Shown: positions 16,728 through 28,100 of the stretch, piece by piece
Layout: each line of letters opens with the position of its first letter
Position numbering within the stretch: the first letter of the stretch is position 1
IMG/VR virus record: IMGVR_UViG_3300010365_001171
Location: 21,118-85,117 of that record
DNA: 64,000 nucleotides
Source of the DNA: a virus
Lineage: Duplodnaviria > Caudoviricetes
Strand: one strand, 5' to 3'
Position numbers and translations under genes: made by a program
The notes under the pieces: model-generated
What the model saw: the letters and a program-made list of their open reading frames with translations, nothing else
Database searches by the model: none
Told to the model about the DNA's origin: nothing

Positions 16728-16983
16728 AATAGGTGATATAGTTAGAGTAATAGATGACAAACAATATGAAAATCTAGAAGGAAAACCGGATTTAAAGTTA
16801 GGAGAAATTTGTTCTGTTCACAATTTACTTGTACACAATGGTTGTGTTCATGTGGATGTGGGTAAAAAAACGGATAAAAATTATATAAGATGTAAACATA
16901 CATTGGAAAACTTAGATTTAAATTTATTTAGGCAAAACACTGAATGGTGTTCACCAGATAGATTTGAATTAGTACAAAAATAA
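16720..16983 (+). CDS. Small hypothetical protein (SH3/KOW-like beta barrel)
   Basis: LKIGDIVRVI...RFELV pattern. Confidence 0.55.
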   Translation: MLKIGDIVRVIDDKQYENLEGKPDLKLGEICSVHNLLVHNGCVHVDVGKKTDKNYIRCKHTLENLDLNLFRQNTEWCSPDRFELVQK

Positions 16984-17273
16984 TGGTAAAAACATTTGAA
17001 AAAGTAATTTGTAACAGCAATATTATAAATCAAATAAATGCAGGGATTCGTTATTACAAAACACCCCAAATTTTTAGGCTTTGGTTCTATAAAACTAAAA
17101 ATGATGTATCAATATCTTTATTTTATAGGCTTAATTTTAAAGAGGATAATAATATAAGACAAATCGTTGAATTAAGTGAGGTTTACGAAAAATCTCCTAA
17201 GTACAAAAAAGATTTAAACCAAAAGAAAAAAAATGTGGGGATTTTAAAAAAATTATTAACTCTATTTAAATGA
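16983..17273 (+). CDS. Hypothetical protein
   Basis: 96-aa ORF, overlapping both neighbours. Confidence 0.6.
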   Translation: MVKTFEKVICNSNIINQINAGIRYYKTPQIFRLWFYKTKNDVSISLFYRLNFKEDNNIRQIVELSEVYEKSPKYKKDLNQKKKNVGILKKLLTLFK

Positions 17274-18172
17274 GCGGAAAGCGTTATAACAAAGGTAAAA
17301 TTAGGTATGATTTAATACCAACAGGTCCGATGAAATATTTAGGAGACACTTATACTAAAGGGGCCCATAAATATACCTTGTACAAGGACTCAGATGGTAA
17401 TTTTCATAAGGGGTCTGAAATAACTATCAAAGAATCTTTATCTATGGAAGTAATTGATTCTGGTGCCAATAATTGGCGTAAAGGTTTAAGCTTTATGGAA
17501 ACAATTGCTTCTGTAGAAAGGCATATAAGTGATTGGAAAGTAGGAAAAGAAATAGATGAAGATTTAGGTACTGCAAATTTATCAAATGCTGCGTGGGGTT
17601 TATTTTCTCTTTTAGAATTAGGTAAAACTCATCCTGAAAAAGACGATAGACCCTTTTGGTTTAATAAACAGTTTAAAAAAGTAGTGTTAGATTTAGACGG
17701 TGTTGTAGGAGCTTTTGAAGAGCACTTAATTAATAAGGGCTATATAGATAAAGATATTCCTGTAACACACTGGCAAGACCCTAGAATAAAGCCTATTTTA
17801 AAAATTATAAAAGAAGATAAAGAATTTTGGGTAAGTATGCCATTACTTATAGATGTTAAAAATTTAAATTATCCAATTGCGGGATACTGCACAGCTAGAA
17901 GTATACCCTTAGAATGGATAGAGGAATGGATGTTAATAAATTTAATACCACTTGCACCTATTTTAAAAGTAGATTTTGGGGAATCAAAATCAAAAGTTTT
18001 AAAAGAATTTGGTTGTGATATAATGATAGATGATTCAATTGAAAATTTTGTAGATTTAAACAGTTCGGGAATTTCTTGTTTTTTAAAAACAAGGACACAC
18101 AATAAGAATTACAATGTAGGAAACAGAAGAATAGATAATCTAGAAATTTTTTTAAATTCATTACAAGTATGA
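17270..18172 (+). CDS. dATP/dGTP diphosphohydrolase-like (DUF5664-type) domain fused to a HAD-family nucleotidase domain
   Basis: RYNKGKIRYDLIP, GAHKY, GANNWRKG and SVERH in the N-terminal half; VVLDLDGVV and IMIDDSIEN HAD motifs in the C-terminal half. Confidence 0.8.
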   Translation: MSGKRYNKGKIRYDLIPTGPMKYLGDTYTKGAHKYTLYKDSDGNFHKGSEITIKESLSMEVIDSGANNWRKGLSFMETIASVERHISDWKVGKEIDEDLGTANLSNAAWGLFSLLELGKTHPEKDDRPFWFNKQFKKVVLDLDGVVGAFEEHLINKGYIDKDIPVTHWQDPRIKPILKIIKEDKEFWVSMPLLIDVKNLNYPIAGYCTARSIPLEWIEEWMLINLIPLAPILKVDFGESKSKVLKEFGCDIMIDDSIENFVDLNSSGISCFLKTRTHNKNYNVGNRRIDNLEIFLNSLQV

Positions 18173-18612
18173 CACAAGTAGAATTGTGGAAAAGCCACTA
18201 TAAATATAAACATAAATTAAGATTCCCGATACACCTAGAACAACAATGGGAAAGTTTAGAAAATAAATCAATTGACAACTTTATTCTATTTTTTATTACA
18301 ACAGCTGTAAGTGCGAGCTCTCGTACTGTAAAAGGAAGTATTTATAGTAGTTCAGGGGGTTATGCAAGATCTTTATCTGATTTAATGAGTCATTTTAAAT
18401 ACTATTTTCCACAAGGAAACCTTATAGAATTACTAAAAGAATTAAATAAGTCATCTAATATTTACCCACTTTTTTGTAACGATGTTCAAAAATTAGTTCT
18501 TAAATATTCTTTTAATGGAGGAGGATTAATTGAAACGTGTCATAAGGTATTAACTAAAAATAAAAAAGATTTAAGATTAAATAAGCTTTTTGAAGAGTTA
18601 AACAATGGATAA
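18169..18612 (+). CDS. Hypothetical protein, paralog of 18605..19060
   Basis: Shares MTQ.E.WK..Y, KLR, KSI..FI..F, GG.ARS..D...HFKYYFP, FC.DV.K.V and KL.EEL with the next ORF. Confidence 0.75.
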   Translation: MTQVELWKSHYKYKHKLRFPIHLEQQWESLENKSIDNFILFFITTAVSASSRTVKGSIYSSSGGYARSLSDLMSHFKYYFPQGNLIELLKELNKSSNIYPLFCNDVQKLVLKYSFNGGGLIETCHKVLTKNKKDLRLNKLFEELNNG

Positions 18613-19060
18613 AATGACTCAATTAGAACAATGGAAGATTTACTATATGAATGGTGAAAAACTTCGTTTGGGGGTATCAAGTGAAAATGAATGGAAAAAA
18701 AGAGATGATAAAAGTATAACTGCTTTTATACAATATTTTTTTATGTCATGTAAAAATACAGAAGTAAGAAATGAAAATGGGGATTTTTTAAGTAATTGTG
18801 GCGGGAGGGCTAGATCTATAGATGATTTTGTGTTTCATTTTAAATATTACTTCCCAGGAGAATGTGTGTTTAAAGCTTTACTAGAATTAGGAAATTTAAA
18901 AGCTGTTACATTTTTTTGTAGTGATGTAAATAAACAAGTAGTTCATTTATTTTGTGATGATTTCGCCCTTAATGAATATGCAGTACATTGCATTGCTTTA
19001 AAACACTCTAATTTATCTTTTTATAAGTTACATGAAGAATTAAGAAACCATAAAAAATAG
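18605..19060 (+). CDS. Hypothetical protein, paralog of 18169..18612
   Basis: End-to-end colinear similarity with the preceding ORF. Confidence 0.75.
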   Translation: MDKMTQLEQWKIYYMNGEKLRLGVSSENEWKKRDDKSITAFIQYFFMSCKNTEVRNENGDFLSNCGGRARSIDDFVFHFKYYFPGECVFKALLELGNLKAVTFFCSDVNKQVVHLFCDDFALNEYAVHCIALKHSNLSFYKLHEELRNHKK

Positions 19061-19303
19061 ATGACTATTTTCGAAACGTATAAAAAATTAAAAACTATTA
19101 ACAAAGACAAAAAAAATATTTTAGATATTTTAATTGTATTTATTAATAGCTTACAAGGTGTTACAATTTTATCTTTAAATGATAAAGACGTTATTATAAA
19201 ATACTTCAAATACGAAGTAAGAGGCTTAGGAAAATCGTTATTAGCAAAATTAGATTCTTGTATGTATAGAATTAGTGTTAATTACAATAAAGTGAAAGAG
19301 TGA
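19061..19303 (+). CDS. Hypothetical protein (last gene of the + arm)
   Basis: 80-aa ORF that starts immediately after the previous stop and ends at the terminator. Confidence 0.6.
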   Translation: MTIFETYKKLKTINKDKKNILDILIVFINSLQGVTILSLNDKDVIIKYFKYEVRGLGKSLLAKLDSCMYRISVNYNKVKE

Positions 19304-19342
19304 AAAAGGCGTGGAAAATATCCACGCCTTTTCCTTTTTTTT
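19304..19342. terminator. Bidirectional intrinsic terminator at the convergence of the two genome arms
   Basis: AAAAGGCGTGGA (19304-19315) / TCCACGCCTTTT (19321-19332) 12-bp stem, A run upstream and T run downstream, between converging stops at 19303 and 19349. Confidence 0.88.
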
Positions 19343-19348
19343 TGACAA

Positions 19349-22300
19349 TTATAAATTCCTTTGTGCGTAATCAAATCCTTTGATTAATTCATGTGGATGG
19401 AATGTATTGCCAGAAATACCTATAATTTTTAATAAGTCTCCTAATACTTTAGGTGCGTCTGGGTCAAAGAATCCTTTTCCTTGTTTTAGATAAGCATTTT
19501 CTTCCCCTGTTAATAACCCAATTGTGTGCTTAACCAAGTTAGAAGTATTTCTATAATGCATACTATAAGCTACTGAAGGAGTTGTTAAAGTTTTACTAAT
19601 TTCATTAGCCCCAAGAACAGGCATAAATTGTTCTGTTTCAGAACGGGCTCTTTTAGCTAAATAAATAGCATGAAGTAAAAAGAAATTAGCATCCTTATCA
19701 GGTTCTCCATCACCATCTCCATCAGCTAAAGCTGTAAGAGCAGATGATATGATATATATACATAAGATCATTAGTATCTCAGCCGCAGCTCTTTTTAAAT
19801 TAGCTTTTTGTAATGGTGTTTGTGATGTCCACCAATTTTTTGGATTTGTTAAACGTTCTTTACCTGTAACTACATTAAAAAGCTCTTTAATAACAGAATT
19901 ATAGAAAGTAATATAAAAACCTTCTGTATAAGTATCACGCATTATATTAGCACGTAAACCTGAAAATCTTTTAGCAAATAATGGAACAAAAAACTTTCTA
20001 AAGAAAAAGGCCATTCTACCAACTGAATACCTTTCAACCATAGCTTGATTTAGCTTTGAATAATTACCATGAAGCCCTTCGTTTATACTCTGAATTTTAT
20101 TTATTAAATTAACTTCAGAATCTTGGGTATATTCCATTGTTTTAGAAAATGTTCCTCCATCATTTAACACATAGCTAACATCTCCTTCAGCAAATTCCAT
20201 TAGGCCTGTAACTTTAAAATTTTCTTCGTAAGCAGCTAATAAATTAGTAGTCTTACCTTTATAAGTCACAATTCTTGTTTTTAACATTCCTAACATAGTA
20301 GATATCTGTACTTCGTGCTCTCCTAAATGTCTTAAATAATTTGCAGGGCTATTTTGTACAATTTCTCTTAACGCAGTTCTTTTAAATCCTTCCTCTATGC
20401 TTTCCGAATATTCCCCTGTTATTGGGTCAAATAATGCAACTAATTTAGATATAAAAGACTTATTACCAGATTTAGTAAAATCTTTCATAAAATCTTTCGC
20501 ATAATTTAAATAAGCCGCTTCACCAATTTTCCACGTTTTATAATTAAAAAATTCATCTGACATAGATTCAATAGTAATTTGAATTCTAGCAGATACCCAG
20601 TTTACAACTGCACTAGGTATATTATAACTTAATGAAGTAAAAGCAGCAAAACCATTGACATTATCTACAAATTTAGAAAATACCCTGTTTTCTCCTCGCT
20701 TTTTATACTCTTTATAAATTTGTGTTAATATAAGTGCTTCTACTTGTTGTGCTCTATAATTTGTGTCGCCTTTAACAAACTTTTGAGATGTTAAAGTTAA
20801 CCCCCTAACTAAAGAATTTTGTTTAGCAGACTCTGGAGTATTTTCATTTAAAATTTTAGATATAGATTTAAAAGTAGGCAAAGATTTTTGAATTTCATTG
20901 GATTGAGCGACATCATATAAATAACCTGTAATATTCCCAAATACATCTAAAGATTGATCCTCCTCTGTTAACTTATTATTATATTTAACAGGTACAAATT
21001 GAAAAGGTTCACCGGATAATTCCGCTAATCCATAACCATTATCTTTATCTGACGCTGCAAATTTAAATCTATTTTTTGTATATGACCATATTTTTTGTCC
21101 CTTTTCTTTTATACTTCCTGAATTAAGAAGAGCTTCATTTAATTCTTGTTCCTTTCCACCTAAAAAATACCCTAATCTATTTTGAATAGTAGTTGTTTTT
21201 TGACTATTTAAATAATATTCTGTTAATTCACCTAAAAGTTTTTTTACTTCTGGATTAGTAGAAGCATTAGAATTTTTCCATTTAGACTCTTTTGGTAAAT
21301 AACTCTTTAAAGTTTCATCATATACAGACTTGTCATTTTTATAACTGTCTTTAATTTCTCTTGTTTTACTGTATTTATAATTTGGCGTGTTAATAATGTC
21401 TTCTTGCTTTTTAGGTCTAGTAACTGTCCAAATTGTAATCGGTTTACTAACTACTTTATATCCTTTGGAACGGTCGTCCCAAACAGTTTTATTATAATGA
21501 TTATCTAAATACCAAGAGCTATTTTTAAAGTTTTCTTCTACTTTTTTATTAAATTCTTCATCAGTCTCTCCTGTGTTTCTTACGGTACTCTGTTCAACTT
21601 CAAATTTTTTATTAGCAGAAACTTCTTCATAATAGGTTGTATTTACGGTTTCTTGTAATTTGTCAAGTTCTTTTATTAATTCAAAAATTTCTTTTTTATT
21701 TCCATTAGCACTAGAATTTTGTATTTTTAAATCAATACGTTTAAAATTTTCAAAATCTTCTGGAGTCATTTCTCCTTTTAATTGTGCGTCATCTATTCCT
21801 ATTCTATCTACCCAATAGGCCGGCAAACCATATTTTTGTATAATTTTATTAAATAATACTTTTTCATTCGTTGAAACTTCCCCATCATCTAAACGCAAAG
21901 TTTCCAATTCTTCTTGTATTTCTTTAATTTTAGCCGCCTGCGCTTCTGTATAAAGATCTCCTATAATCTGGTTTTGATCATCTTTTGCTTGTCTAGATCC
22001 CCTTAAAGTGGCTAAATCAAGTCTTAATTGTTCAACACGAGCAGCTTTTTTACTAGAAAGCTCTGCTAACCTATTATAAATTCTAGTTCTTTCTTCTATA
22101 AAAGAATCAGTATAAGAAGCTAAACTATTTTTTTGATGCCAAACAGATAGTTGAAATTTATAATCTTCCTCATTAATAAGTCCATCTGAAAGACGCTGTG
22201 AAAGAATGCTTTCAAAAACACTTCTATTTTTCTCCCATTTTGCGGCACCTTCTAGGTTATCTACGTTATCATTAAACAAGCCATTAACCTTTTCTCTATA

Positions 22301-23929
22301 AGAAGACAATTCTTCTGCGATGGCTAATTCTTTCCCTGTTTTTTCCTTACCTGTATAAGCATCATATTTACTATAAAGATTAGCTTTTTTTAATTGTAAT
22401 CTTTTATAATCTTTCCAATCTTCTACAGTTAAATTTAACTGGTTTTTATGCATATGATCAAAAAGTGTAATTTCTGCATTTACTTCATCTAAAGCTTCTC
22501 TTGATTCTAATGAGATATTATCAAAAACTTTATAAAATTCTTCGTTTCCAGGAAGTTCTAAATTCTCTCTCTCCCAAGATTTTAAATTCTTGAATAACTC
22601 ATTAACTGTCTTCATTTCTTCAGCGGTTTCAGCTGTTTTCCTAGCTTCAGAATAAGCTCTTTTTAATCTTTTATGCGCATTTAAAAATTCCCAATTAAAA
22701 GTTGTCATTAAAGCAAGTCTTTTTTCAACAACTTCTTCACCATTTTCATCAAAACTTAAAATATTTACCCATTGATATAAATCTTTATAAGATTCTTTTA
22801 AATTATTTTTATTTCCACCATTTAACGTAAATAATCTTTGCTGAAAAGTATCCAAAGTATCCTGTATAAGAATACCTTGTTTTCTTATGTTTCTCTGATG
22901 TGTATTTAATATTTTTTGCATAGCAGAAACAATAGGATCACCAGACATTCCAGCAGATTCTAAATAGGCACTTAAAATACCTACATCACCCCCTTTACCA
23001 AGTAAAATTTGCTTTATAAGATCCTTGGTAATTCTTTTATTATTTAAGGCCTTTAATTCTTTGGTATACTTATCTATCAACTTCTCATTTTGCTGCTCCT
23101 TAGCACGCTTTAAACGGGTGATAACCCTGCCTTTACGGGCCTCTAACTCAGGATGAGAACCTTCAAGACTATCTTTCATAGCTTCTAATCTTTTTATTTC
23201 CGAAACATCGCCTAATTTATTAGCTTCTACTAATTGTTCATTTATATCAGACAATTGAGATAAAATATTCACATTATTTCCTGAAATATCCATATTCTTA
23301 AACACATCATATAATGTATTAACAACATGATCAAAAGATTTATTATTATACTGAGCTTTAATAAAGCTAAGATTTCTTTCTAATTTAGTTAAAGCAACAT
23401 ATACATCATTAGTATCAGGTATATCATTTAAAATAAAATAGTTTTTTAATTCTCCTACTACATCTAAATATGCTACAGCAAAGTTATTAGCATCAAACAA
23501 CTGATTATAAATTTCAATTGGATTATCTTTATACTTATCCATAGTTTCTATAAAATGCTTCTTAATAGCCTCAGAAGTTACTATACCAGACTGTAAAAAA
23601 GCTACAATAGACTGCGCTTGTTTTAAAGTTTCATCTGTAGTTCCTTTATTCAAAGAGCTAAGTCTTGAAGAGGCCTCTTTAAGTTCTGGAAACTTATGTC
23701 TAAGGGCATTAAACCACTCTAAACTATAAGAGGCATTTAAAAAAATTTTTATATTTTCAAATGCTTTTACAAGACCAGAATCCTTTAATGAATCTAAAGA
23801 GTTAACTAAGTCATTTATATTTTTATTTAATTTTTTTTCTTGTAAAAAATCAAACATGGCATCTTCTGATGCAAACTCAAATAATCTACCTGACCCTTCG
23901 TCAGTAAATGTATATTTACAACTACTCAT
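19349..23929 (-). CDS. Large virion cargo/ejection protein (1526 aa), helical, with a C-terminal hydrophobic segment
   Basis: Last gene of the giant-ORF array that contains the virion RNAP. Hydrophobic helix AAAEILMILCIYIISSALTALA; LHGNYS...MFFRKF region resembles LPD38-like polyvalent protein C-termini (recalled, not searched). Confidence 0.7.
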   Translation of the reverse strand: MSSCKYTFTDEGSGRLFEFASEDAMFDFLQEKKLNKNINDLVNSLDSLKDSGLVKAFENIKIFLNASYSLEWFNALRHKFPELKEASSRLSSLNKGTTDETLKQAQSIVAFLQSGIVTSEAIKKHFIETMDKYKDNPIEIYNQLFDANNFAVAYLDVVGELKNYFILNDIPDTNDVYVALTKLERNLSFIKAQYNNKSFDHVVNTLYDVFKNMDISGNNVNILSQLSDINEQLVEANKLGDVSEIKRLEAMKDSLEGSHPELEARKGRVITRLKRAKEQQNEKLIDKYTKELKALNNKRITKDLIKQILLGKGGDVGILSAYLESAGMSGDPIVSAMQKILNTHQRNIRKQGILIQDTLDTFQQRLFTLNGGNKNNLKESYKDLYQWVNILSFDENGEEVVEKRLALMTTFNWEFLNAHKRLKRAYSEARKTAETAEEMKTVNELFKNLKSWERENLELPGNEEFYKVFDNISLESREALDEVNAEITLFDHMHKNQLNLTVEDWKDYKRLQLKKANLYSKYDAYTGKEKTGKELAIAEELSSYREKVNGLFNDNVDNLEGAAKWEKNRSVFESILSQRLSDGLINEEDYKFQLSVWHQKNSLASYTDSFIEERTRIYNRLAELSSKKAARVEQLRLDLATLRGSRQAKDDQNQIIGDLYTEAQAAKIKEIQEELETLRLDDGEVSTNEKVLFNKIIQKYGLPAYWVDRIGIDDAQLKGEMTPEDFENFKRIDLKIQNSSANGNKKEIFELIKELDKLQETVNTTYYEEVSANKKFEVEQSTVRNTGETDEEFNKKVEENFKNSSWYLDNHYNKTVWDDRSKGYKVVSKPITIWTVTRPKKQEDIINTPNYKYSKTREIKDSYKNDKSVYDETLKSYLPKESKWKNSNASTNPEVKKLLGELTEYYLNSQKTTTIQNRLGYFLGGKEQELNEALLNSGSIKEKGQKIWSYTKNRFKFAASDKDNGYGLAELSGEPFQFVPVKYNNKLTEEDQSLDVFGNITGYLYDVAQSNEIQKSLPTFKSISKILNENTPESAKQNSLVRGLTLTSQKFVKGDTNYRAQQVEALILTQIYKEYKKRGENRVFSKFVDNVNGFAAFTSLSYNIPSAVVNWVSARIQITIESMSDEFFNYKTWKIGEAAYLNYAKDFMKDFTKSGNKSFISKLVALFDPITGEYSESIEEGFKRTALREIVQNSPANYLRHLGEHEVQISTMLGMLKTRIVTYKGKTTNLLAAYEENFKVTGLMEFAEGDVSYVLNDGGTFSKTMEYTQDSEVNLINKIQSINEGLHGNYSKLNQAMVERYSVGRMAFFFRKFFVPLFAKRFSGLRANIMRDTYTEGFYITFYNSVIKELFNVVTGKERLTNPKNWWTSQTPLQKANLKRAAAEILMILCIYIISSALTALADGDGDGEPDKDANFFLLHAIYLAKRARSETEQFMPVLGANEISKTLTTPSVAYSMHYRNTSNLVKHTIGLLTGEENAYLKQGKGFFDPDAPKVLGDLLKIIGISGNTFHPHELIKGFDYAQRNL

Positions 23930-23933
23930 ATTT

Positions 23934-24344
23934 TTAACAATTATTTATTATGCTTCCGTTATCATTTAATTTACTGATATAATCTGGATTATCAAAACTT
24001 TTTTCAATATTTATTTTTTCTTTTTTTGATTCTTGGCTATTTTCTATATTTTTTAAGGTAGCTACAAGATTATCAGAAAAGGCTTCAAAATCACTAGAAT
24101 TTTCAAATTCTATTTGTTTATCATAAACATATTCTATTGCTTTTTGCAATCCTTTATCTATTGTAATGATACTTGAAACACCATTAACAGTTTCAACCTT
24201 GACTACATTAATATTATTCCAAGTACTGTTTAAATCTTTCATTACATTACGAGCAGCTACCGGGGAATTTCCCCAGTAGTCCTCAGTAATAAGTTTATTT
24301 ATAACACCCTTAATAGTTGTTTCTATATTTAATTTACAAGCCAT
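23934..24344 (-). CDS. Small cargo-array protein (136 aa) with Cys at both termini
   Basis: MACKLNIET...GSIINNC; tightly packed between neighbours. Confidence 0.7.
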   Translation of the reverse strand: MACKLNIETTIKGVINKLITEDYWGNSPVAARNVMKDLNSTWNNINVVKVETVNGVSSIITIDKGLQKAIEYVYDKQIEFENSSDFEAFSDNLVATLKNIENSQESKKEKINIEKSFDNPDYISKLNDNGSIINNC

Positions 24345-24345
24345 T

Positions 24346-25173
24346 TTAACAATCTTTTTGTGTAGTTACGGAAGAATTTATAATTTTTTGGAGTATTTGA
24401 GGATCTGAAATTGTAACCTTTCCAAAATTAGTTTTACCTGTTCCAATAATAGTATTATCAGGTAAAATAAAATACTTAGAATTATTATAAGTACTTTCTC
24501 TAAGGGTACCTTCTAAAAAGGATAAGTTAGCCTTAATTTTATTAAGAATAGTTTCATTTGTGACCTCTTTACCATTGGCAGTAAAATATTTACCATCTGT
24601 ACCGATATTATAAACAGCTCCTGATACTGTTATACTGGTCATATCAGCAGACTTTACTTTAGTTGTTTGAATAACAGCAGGTAATTCTTGAGAAGCATCG
24701 TTTGTTTTTTCTACTGCTAACCGTTCAAATTTAATAACTTTTACAAGACCTTCACCAGCAGCAGCTACTTCTATACGTTCTTTTTTAGCTTGAGCTGCAT
24801 GTTCTTGGTTATTTTCTAATTGAAGGTATTTCTCAAATTCGTCACTATTTTGAAATAATTCATTAATATTTACATCTGAAACTTCAGTAACTTTAATTTG
24901 TAGCATATTTGAGTTTCTAAAATTATTTTCTTTAATAATTAAAGTATCCCCTACACTTATTGGTCTATTTACCTCCAAAGTTAATTGTTTTTTCTGACCC
25001 TCTAAAATTCTATAATACTCTCCAGGAATAGTAGAAACATAAGAATTCATGTATTCAAAAGTAGAATCCAACTCTTCAACAATTTTTTCAAATTGAACTT
25101 GTGTACCAGATACACCAACAATATTCAAATAAGAACTTTTAACTTCTTTTTGTGTAAAATCATAAATTAACAT
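24346..25173 (-). CDS. Cargo-array protein (275 aa) with an ASCH-like domain and a C-terminal Cys
   Basis: ILEGQKKQLT..VGD..IKVTEV..VIKFE ASCH-like pattern; ends TTQKDC. Confidence 0.65.
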   Translation of the reverse strand: MLIYDFTQKEVKSSYLNIVGVSGTQVQFEKIVEELDSTFEYMNSYVSTIPGEYYRILEGQKKQLTLEVNRPISVGDTLIIKENNFRNSNMLQIKVTEVSDVNINELFQNSDEFEKYLQLENNQEHAAQAKKERIEVAAAGEGLVKVIKFERLAVEKTNDASQELPAVIQTTKVKSADMTSITVSGAVYNIGTDGKYFTANGKEVTNETILNKIKANLSFLEGTLRESTYNNSKYFILPDNTIIGTGKTNFGKVTISDPQILQKIINSSVTTQKDC

Positions 25174-28100
25174 ACTCTTTTTTTGCCATAACAGTTAACA
25201 TATCATGGTTATTTAAATTTTTACCTAAATCTACAAGAGCTGTAATTCTAAATTTATTAAAAGAATGCCCAAAGAAAACAACATCACCAACTCTATAACT
25301 TTTGTCCTCAATTTTTAAAGTGTCAATTGTTTTATCCCCTTCTTTTACTTGTGTAATAGTTACAGGAAGTGTTAAAGCAGTTTTTTTACCTTCTATAAAT
25401 AATTGTTCATTACTTAAAACCCTCGTTTTTACATTATAATAACTAACAGCGCTAGGACTAACAGCTTCAACATTTTGCCAAGCAGATAATTTAGCAGCGT
25501 TTTTAATATTAGTAAAACCATAAAAAGAAAATGTTCCAGTTGCGGGTGTTAAAGTACCTACAGTATCCCCTCCTAGTAAATCACTAGAAAAGTTAGGGTC
25601 TATTTCTATAAACGCGTTCTTCTTAGATACAATAGTAGGGGATAGTCTAAACAGTCCATTAGAAATCCTTAACTTATATTCTTTAAAATTACCAGTCCCT
25701 TTAGCAGAAATTTCTTTAAATATCCCACCATTATTTTGTCTAAATAAAGCAGGAAAATGGTCTAAAAATCCTTTAAAGAGATTTGTACCAGATTGTGTCT
25801 GAGTTATTTGGCTGATAAAGCTATCTATAAGGGGTCTTACAACATTTCTAAACTCTTCACTAGGTATAAGTTCATTAAAAGTTGTACCTGTTTTAGATAT
25901 ACCATTCTCTACCAAATTAGTATAAATTAAATCTTTAAAAAATGTTCTAACATCATCTGCAAATTTTTCATCGGGATGCGTAAATTCCAGTAAATCACTA
26001 AATTGTTTTTCATACGCATTTGCTAACCTACCTGTTATTCTATCACCTTCATACGTAATACTAACAATATTAGAGTTTTTAGATTCTTTTTTAGAAAATA
26101 AATTTATAAATCTAGTTTCTTTAGCATTTGGCATTACTTCTTCAAATCTATTTTGAAGATTATTTAATCTTGTTCCAATATTATTTTCACCTGATAACAT
26201 TTTGGCATATTTGGTAAAAATATTATTTACAAATTTACCTTCAACTATTAAACCATTTTGAACAATAAAAGATATTAATTGATTATAAAAAAGCTTTTCC
26301 ACTTTTTCAACGGACTTAGCACCATAAATACCTGCTTTAGTTAAATCTAATTTAATTTTAGCAAGTGTATCTAAAACCAAAGGATTAGAGGACAATGGAA
26401 ATAACGGTGTAAATAACTCTTTTAATAAATCAAAATTTTCAAATGCCCTTATTGGAGTTTCATTTTTAATTCTATTATAAACAACACTAGGAAAAATATT
26501 GTCTGTTTTACTATACTTAGTAACCTTTTGAGATTTATCTATCAATGACATAATATTTGAAGTCTTTCCAGTATCAAAATTTAATGTGCCGGTAACATCT
26601 CTCAACAAACCACTTTGAAATAATAACTCATCTAATTGAGCTAAATATATTAATTGTCTTTTACTAGAAGGGGAATTTTTATCAAAATTTAATGGCATAA
26701 TTAAATCATCAGCCAAAGATTTTGAAATTCTTTCATAAGAAGAATTAGCATATTTTACATAATTAGATAAAAAATCGTTCTTAATACCTTTAAATCCTTT
26801 ATTAGAATCAGAGTACTTTTCTACTAGTGAGTCTTGAACAAAGCTTTTAAAATTACCAGATAATTCCTCATTTCTAGATCTTGAAAATGCAATTTTTAAA
26901 AATTTAGATTCTTTCATATTCAACATCTTAACGTAATCACGTATAATTGGTTGATTCATAAAGTTAGCTACATCAATAGGTGAAGTTCCCATTTGTAACA
27001 TATGAAATATTACAGGGGCCATCATTTTACCTGCATTCATATAAAATATAAAGGGTTCTTTTGCTATATCCACATACGCATTTATAAATTGTGAAAATAA
27101 CTCTGATTTTTTAATATCGTCTAAAGTATAACTATGTGAATAATCAATATGTTCAACACCGTCAACAATTACTTTACGATGAGGTAAAAAATACATTACC
27201 TCACGTTTATCTACAAAATTAGATAAATAAGCACCAGAACTTTGGTACAATTGAGTAAATGTGTTTGCTAAGGCAGCTATACCTAAAGTATCTTTACCTC
27301 CTAAAAATGCATTAAACTGCTCTAATATATTTAAAGCATCTAATACTAATGTAGGAGATTTAGATAAATTAAATTCTCCTGTTCTGGCACCAACAGCAGC
27401 TTTAATCTTATCTGCTATTTGATCTTTGATAATATTAGTTGAGTTAGGAGTAACCATACCTTCAAAAGATTCTGGCATTAAAAGACTTTTAACAGCAACG
27501 TCTAACAATCTATTAGAAAAAACAGTTTTTATACCATTTTTATCAAACGTTTTAGTTAAGATAAATGGTTTACTTCCTTCTTCTATTCCACCACTTATTT
27601 TGTACTGAAAAATATTTAATTTATCCACATCAAAATCTGATCCAGCACTAACAACAATTTCTGATGGTACAATAATAGTACTTGCCATAGAAGGATCTAA
27701 GAACTCTACTACTTGCATAACTTCAATTGAATTAAGCCCCTGTGTAGGAATCCTATAACCAACCATAGTTAAGAATTTTTTATTCTTTTCTACCCACTTA
27801 CCCTCTTTAGAATTTTCATCTAATCGAGCAGCCATCAATATAGCATTAAGGTCTTTTATAGACTCTGCTAATGTTTCCCTTTTAAAATTCTTACCTTCAA
27901 ATTCTAATGCTAATAAAGCCATATGTTTATTAGGGTCAAAAGAAATTTTTACTTGCATAGCAAGAGTTTCTCCTGTATTAGGGTCTATTCTATAAAAAGC
28001 TAAATCTTTACTATAACCTTTATTTTTAAATCTTTCTTTTACATATGTTTTTTCAAAACCAGTTACAGAAGCTTGTACTAAAGCGTCACCATAAACCTTT

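Noticed and set aside
25160-25185. Programmed frameshift fusing the RNAP to the 275-aa ORF at the A7 run (GCA AAA AAA GAG)
   Set aside because: A -1 shift hits TAA after three codons. Fusion would need +1, for which I see no supporting signal, and a simple 14-nt overlap explains the layout.
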